A stretch of DNA of 61,170 nt from the NCBI GenBank assembly GCA_947627995.1, contig CANQYE010000001.1, positions 74,889 to 136,058 of the forward strand, in the 5' to 3' direction. Position 1 is the first letter of the stretch. Every line of letters starts with the position of its first letter. The notes under the pieces were generated by a model. It worked only from the letters and a program-made list of their open reading frames with translations, made no database searches and was not told the origin of the DNA. This stretch comes from an uncultured Bacilli bacterium. Lineage in GTDB: Bacteria > Bacillota_I > Bacilli_A > RF39 > UBA660. The translations under genes were made by a program, and so were the position numbers. This document shows, piece by piece, positions 51,261 to 58,367 of this stretch.

Positions 51261-51917
51261 ATGGAGACTATTTTATTAGAAGAAGAAAATGCATTAGAAT
51301 ATATATATGATAGTATTTGCAAGGTTAAAAATGATGGTGAAGAAGTAAAAAATGCGAAATATCATCATAACACTGCATATAAGGATGCAGTGTCTATTTG
51401 CAAATATGGAATACTAACTTTAATTGACTTGAATTTTAAAGGAATTAGAAAAGATAGTAAAGAATTTTTGAAAATTATGAGTGATATAGATTCACATGTT
51501 AATGGTAATAATTGTGTTTCATTATCTGTGGTAGGTTTAACTGATATTTATCCAAACGAGGATGAATATAACCCTTTTTCACCGAATCTTGTCGACTTCC
51601 TTGTTAGCAGCGATGTACAAGCAAGTAGATCATCAACACATTATGGTAATGAATTTTTAAGTTTTGGCAGTATAATGAGAGACAAAATAAAATCAGTTGA
51701 CATTAGAATTTTAAATCTACTATGTCAAGACAAATCATATATGAATGATTCTTCAACACAAGCTATCATAAAGAAATATAATCATTTAAGGGAAATTGCT
51801 CTGGAATTAAAAAGACAACAATTAGGACTTCCTTTAAGAGAAATGTCTGAATCAAATATTTTTGAAATAAATATCGAAAAATTAGCTGATCAACCTAAAC
51901 TGTTATTAAAAAAATAA
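51261..51917 (+). CDS. Hypothetical 218-aa protein; weak resemblance to H-Y-E type ADP-ribosyltransferase-fold motifs
   Basis: Lies 18 nt after ackA with an AAGGAA SD. KYHHNTAYKDAVSICKYGILTL and HYGNEFLSFG segments. No confident family assignment. Confidence 0.4.
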   Translation: METILLEEENALEYIYDSICKVKNDGEEVKNAKYHHNTAYKDAVSICKYGILTLIDLNFKGIRKDSKEFLKIMSDIDSHVNGNNCVSLSVVGLTDIYPNEDEYNPFSPNLVDFLVSSDVQASRSSTHYGNEFLSFGSIMRDKIKSVDIRILNLLCQDKSYMNDSSTQAIIKKYNHLREIALELKRQQLGLPLREMSESNIFEINIEKLADQPKLLLKK

Positions 51918-51927
51918 TTGTAATTAG

Positions 51928-51957
51928 TTGATTTAATAGATACTTACTTGATAAAAT
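51928..51957 (+). promoter_or_regulatory. Candidate promoter of the WYL regulator gene
   Basis: TTGATT, an 18-nt spacer, then TGaTAAAAT. Confidence 0.4.
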
Positions 51958-51981
51958 GGATATTGATAAGGAGAAGAATAA

Positions 51982-52539
51982 ATGGGTAAATTAGGTAATA
52001 CTTTAGCAATGCTAAAAATTCTTGAAACTGGTAGAAAATATACTGTAAATGAATTAGCTTCTAAGATTGAAGTTTCTCCGAGAATGATTAAAACGTATAA
52101 AGCTGAGTTAGAAAAGGCTGGAATATATATTGATACAATTAATGGAATATATGGTGGATATGTTTATAATCATAAAAATAATTATGATGTATCTTTTAGT
52201 ATTAATGATGTTAGTTGCCTTGAGAAAATTATTCCTATGTTAGAAAACAAAAGTAGGAATGAAGCTGAACAATTACTTGAAAAAATAAAAACTATAGTTA
52301 TTTATTCTGATAGTAGTTCAATAGAAGAACAAGATTCACAAGAACTAAAAAATAAATATAATGTTATATCAAAGGCAATTAAAAATAATATTGATTTAGA
52401 AATTGAATATAAGAATAAAAATAAGATAGTAACTCCACATAATATGAGTTTTTATAAAAATTTCATATATTTAACTGGATATTCAAAAACAGATAAAGAT
52501 TTAAGAACTTATAATTTAAGTGAAATAAAAATTAAATAA
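51982..52539 (+). CDS. Short HTH-WYL transcriptional regulator (YafY/BrxR/CapW-like architecture without the C-terminal WCX extension)
   Basis: Winged-HTH N-terminus NTLAMLKILETGRKYTVNELASKIEVSPRMIKTYKAELEKAGIYI. C-terminus YKNFIYLTGYSKTDKDLRTYNLSEIK is WYL-like. Confidence 0.65.
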   Translation: MGKLGNTLAMLKILETGRKYTVNELASKIEVSPRMIKTYKAELEKAGIYIDTINGIYGGYVYNHKNNYDVSFSINDVSCLEKIIPMLENKSRNEAEQLLEKIKTIVIYSDSSSIEEQDSQELKNKYNVISKAIKNNIDLEIEYKNKNKIVTPHNMSFYKNFIYLTGYSKTDKDLRTYNLSEIKIK

Positions 52540-52569
52540 AATTCAAATAGTACGATATACTGCACCTTT

Positions 52570-52589
52570 TAGTGATATATTAATCACTA
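52570..52589. promoter_or_regulatory. Perfect inverted repeat TAGTGAT-N6-ATCACTA (candidate operator) overlapping a TGaTATATT extended -10 and abutting the SD of the operon's first gene
   Basis: Read directly from 52570..52589. AGGAGG follows at 52589..52594 and the GTG start at 52604. Confidence 0.5.
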
Positions 52590-52603
52590 GGAGGTGTTTT
52601 ATT

Positions 52604-53500
52604 GTGGATATAATTATGAAATTTGAAAAACCAGAAGTCAATATTGAATATTTTGGGCAACAATCAAGATTCTTCAAATTTTTTGAAATGGTAGTTGATG
52701 ATTTACTACATGGAAATGGTATATATGCCGAAACTAATTCAGGTTCAAATGGTAATGCATTTATGTATGCAAAGAAAGGTTATAAAGTCATTACTAATGA
52801 TGCAAGTGAGTATAGTTATTCAGTTGCTAATGCCATTATGAGTGACAATGTACCAAAAGAATTTAATTGCAAGTATAAATGGCTAAATAAATATTGTGAT
52901 TCATACATTGGTCGTGCTTCAGTTTTTGCAAGTGTTGTTGATTTATACGGTTACAATGCTGAAATTCCAAGTGAAGTAAATGAAGAATTAGAAAATAAAA
53001 TAAATGAATATATATCATATTTCAAGAAAATTAATGATGAAAAAGTAAGATCATATAAATCTTATAATGAAGATTTGTTTAACTATTTAAAAAAATTAAA
53101 AGAAGAAAAAATTAATGTAGATATTATGTTTATGGATTTTGCATGGCCATGGAGAGATGGTTCTAAAACAGAAGAATATAATACAACAGCTAATATTTAT
53201 AGTAATGTGTTTGAAAAATCTAAAATTGCAAATATTGAAATTTGGGATAAGGAAAATGTTATTGACAATGTAATTAAAGCAGTTAAAGAAGCTAAAAAAA
53301 TTTCAAAGTATGTTTTATTATCAAATCAAAGTTCAAACTATCCTACGCCAGAAGTTTTAGAAGTTGCATTATTAAAAAATGGTTTAAATTATGATGTAAG
53401 ACATACTATGCTTACAGATGCAGAATATGAGGATAATCTTGGTAAGGAAACATTTTTTAGAGAATACTTATATGTAATTAGAGGCGATATAAATGAGTAA
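52604..53500 (+). CDS. Dam-like (D12-class) methyltransferase-fold protein with divergent catalytic motifs
   Basis: Co-linear with Dam landmarks: YFGQQ (versus WAGGK), AETNSGSNG (versus EPFVGAGS), ITNDASEY (versus LADINSD), MDFAWPW (versus CDPPYAP) and VLLSNQSS (versus VLISNHDT). Confidence 0.5.
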   Translation: MDIIMKFEKPEVNIEYFGQQSRFFKFFEMVVDDLLHGNGIYAETNSGSNGNAFMYAKKGYKVITNDASEYSYSVANAIMSDNVPKEFNCKYKWLNKYCDSYIGRASVFASVVDLYGYNAEIPSEVNEELENKINEYISYFKKINDEKVRSYKSYNEDLFNYLKKLKEEKINVDIMFMDFAWPWRDGSKTEEYNTTANIYSNVFEKSKIANIEIWDKENVIDNVIKAVKEAKKISKYVLLSNQSSNYPTPEVLEVALLKNGLNYDVRHTMLTDAEYEDNLGKETFFREYLYVIRGDINE

Positions 53501-53978
53501 AACTAATTATCCATTAGTAAAAGTTGATTGGAACGAAGTTAAAAGATTAACACAAGGTATAGCAAATAAATTAATAGCAGATAATAAGAATATTGATTTA
53601 ATTGTTCCTATCATTAGAGGCGGAATGCCTATTGCAATGTTGTTATCATCAATGCTTGATGTTGAAGAAATGTCCTGCATTCATATAAGAAGAAGTATTG
53701 ATGATAATCCTAATACAGAATTTAAACGACCAGTTAATAAAGGAATAACAAATACAGAAAAAATTAAGAATTCTAATATATTAATTGTAGATGATACATT
53801 AGATTCAAAAATTACATTAGACTATGCAATTGATTTATTAAAAGAATATCAACCTAAGAGTATTACAGTAGCAATTTTATATAATTTTAACAAAAATACT
53901 TTTGATTCAATATATAGTGGAGAAGAAGTACAAGAATATAAATGGGTTGTTTTCCCTTGGGAAAAAAGTGAAAATTAG
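53493..53978 (+). CDS. Gpt-like type I phosphoribosyltransferase
   Basis: 161 aa. VPIIRGGMPIAMLL, the ILIVDDTLDSKITL PRPP-loop region and the KWVVFPWE C-terminus parallel E. coli Gpt. 8-nt overlap with the upstream gene. Confidence 0.7.
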   Translation: MSKTNYPLVKVDWNEVKRLTQGIANKLIADNKNIDLIVPIIRGGMPIAMLLSSMLDVEEMSCIHIRRSIDDNPNTEFKRPVNKGITNTEKIKNSNILIVDDTLDSKITLDYAIDLLKEYQPKSITVAILYNFNKNTFDSIYSGEEVQEYKWVVFPWEKSEN

Positions 53979-53989
53979 GAGGTATTGAA

Positions 53990-54439
53990 ATGAAAAATAA
54001 TAAATGGCAAGTATGTATATGTGGTGCTATAAAATGCGATAATGAATATTTAATGGTAAAAAGAAGTTTAGATGATGAGGATTGTGCTGGATTTTGGGAA
54101 ATGCCAAGTGGCAAATTAGAATTTGGAGAATCCGTTGAACAGGGATTACAAAGAGAAATTTTTGAAGAAGTTGGAATTGATATTAATCCATTCCAAAAAC
54201 AAATAATTGGTATATCAGAATACAGTTCTGAAAAACCAGAAGGAACTAAATATAGTGTACAATTAAATTATGTTGTTGAAGTTCCTACAAAAGATTTACC
54301 AATCAAGTTGAGTGAAGAACATACTGCTTATGTTTGGGCTACAAGAGATTCTGAATATGTTGATGAATTTATTGCAGAAATAATTGATGCTATAGAGCCA
54401 CAAAGTGAAGTTGGATATGCAAGAACTAAAAAAATGTAA
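53990..54439 (+). CDS. Nudix hydrolase (MutT-like), copy 1
   Basis: Nudix box GKLEFGESVEQGLQREIFEEVGI, AGGAGG SD. Confidence 0.85.
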   Translation: MKNNKWQVCICGAIKCDNEYLMVKRSLDDEDCAGFWEMPSGKLEFGESVEQGLQREIFEEVGIDINPFQKQIIGISEYSSEKPEGTKYSVQLNYVVEVPTKDLPIKLSEEHTAYVWATRDSEYVDEFIAEIIDAIEPQSEVGYARTKKM

Positions 54440-55265
54440 AAAAGTATTGGTTGAAGTAAATCAAACATGCAATTTAAATTGCACATATTGTTTTTATAGA
54501 GATTATGGCAGAGTTACTAATGGAATAAATCTTCAGAATATTGATGATTTGTTAGAAAATTGTCCATTAGCTGATGAATTCTATTTAACTGGTGGTGAAT
54601 GTTTTACTTCACCAATAATTGAAGAGATAATCGAACGATTAGCTCCTAGAGGCAAAGTTATTACTTTTACAAATGGAGTTATCTTAAATAAGTATGATGA
54701 TGAAAGATTAAAAAAAGTGGTGAATAATGTTGATACATTTATTATAACATTTGATAGTTTTGACACTGAAAATTACTTGTGTAGAGATAAATTATCAGAA
54801 ACTATAAGTACAATAAAAAAAATATTGAATATAGATTCAAACAAAGTAGAAGTTAAAGTATGTATTAATGAATATAATTATGATCATATAGAAGAATTAT
54901 TTGTTGGATTAATTGATATGGGAGTTAAATATTTATCTGTTAACTTTGTATTTGATATTCAAAATAGTAAATTAAATCACGAAGTTAAAGAGTTAAAAAA
55001 ATTAAGACATGTTTTTGAAGTTATTAATAATTATAGGGAATATTTTAATTCAAAATACATCGATATGCTATATGATTTATATATTAATAACGAAATAAAT
55101 GAAAGATTTCCATGTATTGCAGATTCTGAATATTATTTCTTAGATTGTTCTAATAATTATCTTATTTGTCCTGGAAATTGCAAAAAGTTAGGTACAAGGG
55201 GTGAATGGAAGGAATGCTTTTCAAAAGAATGTGCAAACGAATGGGAAATGATGTATACGAGGTGA
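54405..55265 (+). CDS. Radical SAM enzyme with a Cys-rich C-terminal (SPASM/twitch-like) region
   Basis: NQTCNLNCTYCFY CxxxCxxC motif and GGECFT. The C-terminus has 6 Cys in about 40 aa (CIADSEYYFLDCSNNYLICPGNCKKLGTRGEWKECFSKEC). Start candidates are GTG 54405, TTG 54411 or ATG 54417, all overlapping the Nudix gene. Confidence 0.8.
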   Translation: MKLDMQELKKCKKVLVEVNQTCNLNCTYCFYRDYGRVTNGINLQNIDDLLENCPLADEFYLTGGECFTSPIIEEIIERLAPRGKVITFTNGVILNKYDDERLKKVVNNVDTFIITFDSFDTENYLCRDKLSETISTIKKILNIDSNKVEVKVCINEYNYDHIEELFVGLIDMGVKYLSVNFVFDIQNSKLNHEVKELKKLRHVFEVINNYREYFNSKYIDMLYDLYINNEINERFPCIADSEYYFLDCSNNYLICPGNCKKLGTRGEWKECFSKECANEWEMMYTR

Positions 55266-55269
55266 TAGT

Positions 55270-55911
55270 ATGAATATAGTATTTGAAGGAATAGACGGAG
55301 TAGGAAAGACTACTGTTATTGATAGTTTAAAAAAAGATTTAGAAGAAAAAGAAGAAATTGTAAGATATGTTGATGAACTTACTCAAGATTCACCAATTAG
55401 TGATATTTTAAACAAAATGTTAAGTGATGATCCATTCTTTATGCTTGATAAAGGTTTTCCAACATCAATATTTGAAAGCTTATTACTAGCTGCAGATATG
55501 CATTATAGACAAGAAAAATACAAATATGATGATGGATTTAACTTATATGATCGAGACTTTTTATCAATTTTATCATATCAAAAAGAAATTTTAAAAGAAG
55601 ATTATAGTAACTATATGGATTTTTACCGTCCTTTTAAAGAAATAGTTTTATTTAATTTAAAACCAATTGATTTGTTAGTGTATATTCATGCTCCTCTAGA
55701 AGTTAGTGTATCTAGAGTTGCTAAAAGAGATAATATTGAATTTATCGAAAGTCAAAGAAAATTCTTACAAGCTTTAAAAACTTCTTTAGAAAGTGAGTTA
55801 ATTCCACAATTAGAAAAACAAAATGTTAAGGTTTTGAAATTGGATGGTAGAGACAAACCATATCAAAATGTTTCAAAAATATATAAGGAAATAGGTTATG
55901 GAAAGAATTAA
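55270..55911 (+). CDS. Thymidylate-kinase-like P-loop (d)NMP kinase
   Basis: MNIVFEGIDGVGKTT P-loop and YDRDFLSILSYQ (DRY-like) region. 213 aa, GAGGTGA SD. Confidence 0.7.
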   Translation: MNIVFEGIDGVGKTTVIDSLKKDLEEKEEIVRYVDELTQDSPISDILNKMLSDDPFFMLDKGFPTSIFESLLLAADMHYRQEKYKYDDGFNLYDRDFLSILSYQKEILKEDYSNYMDFYRPFKEIVLFNLKPIDLLVYIHAPLEVSVSRVAKRDNIEFIESQRKFLQALKTSLESELIPQLEKQNVKVLKLDGRDKPYQNVSKIYKEIGYGKN

Positions 55912-57172
55912 TGTTAATTGTGATTACATGATTTACTCTGATGAGGAAAAAAAGAGTGCATTAGAGTGTTTAGAAAATAGTGATTCAAGTATTTTTGTTG
56001 GTAATACTGTTAGTAATTTTGAACAAAAACTATCTAAATATTTGAATGTTCCATATGCTATAGCACTACCAAATTGCACACTATCTATTTATACAGCATT
56101 ACAAGTTTTAGGAATTGAGAATGGTGATGAAGTTATTGTGCCTAATTTAACTCATGCATCATCAATATATCCTATATTAATGAGTGGGGGAAAAATTAAG
56201 GTGTTTGATTTTGAACCAAATTCTTATTACTATGATTTGGAAAATATAAAGAAGTTAATAACACCAAATACTAAATTTTTCTTGGCATGCTATCTTTATG
56301 GTATGCCCTTAAATATAGAGGAAGTAAAGAAAATTTGTGATGAAAATAATATTACTTTAATAGAAGATGTAGCACAAGCATTTGGAACTAAAGTAAATGG
56401 AAAATATGCCGGAACATTTGGAAAAATAGGATGCTACAGCTTTAATGACACGAAAATGTTAAGAATAGGTGAAGGTGGAGCTATTGTTACTTCCGATAAA
56501 GATATATACGAAAAAGTAGAACATTTTAGACATGTTGGTGAAGTTTTTAATTCAACAAAACAATCTTCTGTAAGTTCAAATACAACATATAGAGATTTAT
56601 TGTTTAATGGATTATCTAATATGGGTAAAGGTTTAAATTTAAGACCATCTCCTATAACTTTTTCAACAGGACTTAAAAGAATTGATCATATCGATGATTA
56701 TATATCAGAACGAAGAAAAAAATTGAAGATTTATTTTGATCAACTTTCTAATCTTGAAGGTGTGCATTTTATAAAAAATTTTGATATTAATAAAGTTGAA
56801 GAATATGGCCCAATTGCATCATGGATTTTATTAGATAATAAATATTATGATAGAAACCGTGTTATTTTAGGTGCAATGAATATGGGAATTCCAGTTGGTT
56901 CATTCAATTATAATACAATTTCAAAAAACGATTATTTTAGTAATTTTATAACAAATAAAGGTGATAATTTAATAAATTCTCAATATGTAAGAGATAATAG
57001 TATTTTTTTACCTTTATACGAAACATTATCTTTAGATGACGTTGACAAAATAAGTAAAGCTTTTGCATACGTAATTAATAATTATTGCAAAGATATAGAA
57101 ATATTTGATGAAAGAGGATATGATGAAGAAATAAATTATTTCGATGGATTTTATCTAATGAGGAAAAAATAA
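55898..57172 (+). CDS. DegT/DnrJ/EryC1/StrS-family PLP-dependent aminotransferase (or dehydratase)
   Basis: GDEVIVPNLTHASS, IEDVAQAFG and the CYSFNDTKMLRIGEGGAIVT Lys region. 14-nt overlap with the kinase gene. Confidence 0.8.
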   Translation: MERINVNCDYMIYSDEEKKSALECLENSDSSIFVGNTVSNFEQKLSKYLNVPYAIALPNCTLSIYTALQVLGIENGDEVIVPNLTHASSIYPILMSGGKIKVFDFEPNSYYYDLENIKKLITPNTKFFLACYLYGMPLNIEEVKKICDENNITLIEDVAQAFGTKVNGKYAGTFGKIGCYSFNDTKMLRIGEGGAIVTSDKDIYEKVEHFRHVGEVFNSTKQSSVSSNTTYRDLLFNGLSNMGKGLNLRPSPITFSTGLKRIDHIDDYISERRKKLKIYFDQLSNLEGVHFIKNFDINKVEEYGPIASWILLDNKYYDRNRVILGAMNMGIPVGSFNYNTISKNDYFSNFITNKGDNLINSQYVRDNSIFLPLYETLSLDDVDKISKAFAYVINNYCKDIEIFDERGYDEEINYFDGFYLMRKK

Positions 57173-57843
57173 TGAATGAAATTTTATGGATATTAACACT
57201 TATTCTTTCATTTAGTTCAATAATTTTATGCTATAAATATTTAGGAAAAAACGGACTGTTTTTATGGATAATAGTTGCTACTATTGTTTCAAATATACAG
57301 ACAGTTAAAACTGTTGAATTATTTGGCTTAGAGACAGCACTAGGTACTATACTATATGGTAGTACATTCTTAGCTACTGATATTCTTAATTATAAATATG
57401 GATTAAAAGAAAGTAGAAAAACTATTATATATGGCTTTTTATCTATGACGATTATGACTTTATTTATGGTTATTTGCTTATTATATAAACCAAGTCCAAA
57501 TGATTTTGCTCAAGATAGTTTAATGACAATATTTTCATTTAATGTAAGAATTACTATTGGCAGTTTATTAGGATTTGTAATTAGTCAATTTATTGATACA
57601 GCTATTTTCCATAAACTGCAAAATAAATATAATAAATTATGGTTAAGTAACAATGTTAGTACAATGATTTGTCAAGCAATTGATACCATTATTTTTACAA
57701 TTGTTACATACATAGGAACTATGAATATAAATACGATTTTTGAAATAATGTTGTCGATGTATATATTCAAAATATTTATAGCAATTTGTGATACACCATT
57801 CATGTACATTGCTTCAAAAATAAAAAAGGTGAAAGAAAATTAA
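57172..57843 (+). CDS. VUT-family (YhhQ/DUF165) membrane transporter, the queuosine-precursor transporter family
   Basis: 223-aa polytopic protein with GSTFLATDILNYKYG, SQFIDTAIF and CQAIDTIIF motifs. The start overlaps the DegT stop (TAATG). Confidence 0.75.
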   Translation: MNEILWILTLILSFSSIILCYKYLGKNGLFLWIIVATIVSNIQTVKTVELFGLETALGTILYGSTFLATDILNYKYGLKESRKTIIYGFLSMTIMTLFMVICLLYKPSPNDFAQDSLMTIFSFNVRITIGSLLGFVISQFIDTAIFHKLQNKYNKLWLSNNVSTMICQAIDTIIFTIVTYIGTMNINTIFEIMLSMYIFKIFIAICDTPFMYIASKIKKVKEN

Positions 57844-58357
57844 AATATATATAGATTTTGACGGAGTAATTCTAAATACATGGGATATTATTTATCAAAA
57901 TTATACAACTCAATATTGCACAGAAGAAATAGATGAAGAAAATTTAAAGAAGTCTATGCTTGATCTTGGCTGGGATGTTATATTAGAAAATAGTGAAGAA
58001 ATTAATAATAGCTTTAAAAAAATTCATCATTTGATGAAAAACTATCAAATATTTATTCTAACTAAAGTAAATTCAGAAGAAGAACAAAAGGCGAAAGAAT
58101 TATTTTTAAAAAAGAAAAATATTTTTAATGTTATCTTTGTTCCATATAATTCTCTGAAATCTGATTTTGTAAAGCCGGTTGGCTCTATTCTAATAGATGA
58201 TGTTATACATAATCTTGAAGAATGGGAACAAAATGGAGGAATTTCTATTCTATTTAATGAACACATGAAAAATGAAGATAGTTATGGTAATAAAAGTAAT
58301 AAATTTATAATTATCGATGATTTATTAAAAATATGTGATATAATTAAAAACAGATAG
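57839..58357 (+). CDS. HAD-superfamily 5'(3')-deoxyribonucleotidase-like (NT5C-type) phosphatase, probably initiated at ATT
   Basis: HAD motif I (IDFDGVI) is encoded at 57851..57871, upstream of the first ATG (57956). The frame opens at 57833. AAGGTGA SD lies 6 nt before ATT 57839. ILIDDVIHNLEEW (motif IV) is in the C-terminus. Confidence 0.6.
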   Translation: MKIYIDFDGVILNTWDIIYQNYTTQYCTEEIDEENLKKSMLDLGWDVILENSEEINNSFKKIHHLMKNYQIFILTKVNSEEEQKAKELFLKKKNIFNVIFVPYNSLKSDFVKPVGSILIDDVIHNLEEWEQNGGISILFNEHMKNEDSYGNKSNKFIIIDDLLKICDIIKNR

Positions 58358-58367
58358 GAGGACTTTT

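Noticed and set aside
54405-55265. Radical SAM protein as a prokaryotic viperin (given the adjacent nucleotide kinase) or as QueE (given the YhhQ-family transporter).
   Set aside because: The Cys-rich C-terminal tail suggests an auxiliary Fe-S (SPASM/twitch-like) domain, which viperins and QueE lack. I saw no viperin-type C-terminal extension, and the other queuosine genes are absent. I still flag the antiviral-nucleotide idea as a hypothesis for the operon as a whole.
6237-58266. Twenty-four short ORFs in the supplied track lie antisense to, or inside, well-supported genes: 6237-6437, 8837-9046, 12168-12449, 12912-13232, 14031-14303, 16985-17248, 17543-17830, 21429-21611, 24109-24300, 25545-25880, 26305-26547, 29826-30137, 30274-30537, 33359-33592, 34227-34430, 34467-34661, 41654-41839, 44890-45102, 46105-46305, 50361-50579, 50546-50926, 53887-54114, 54581-54766, 58045-58266.
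   Set aside because: Each overlaps a longer ORF with clear family motifs on the other strand or frame. They have low-complexity Phe/Leu/Ile/Ser-rich translations typical of the reverse complement of AT-rich coding DNA, and no convincing SD sequences.
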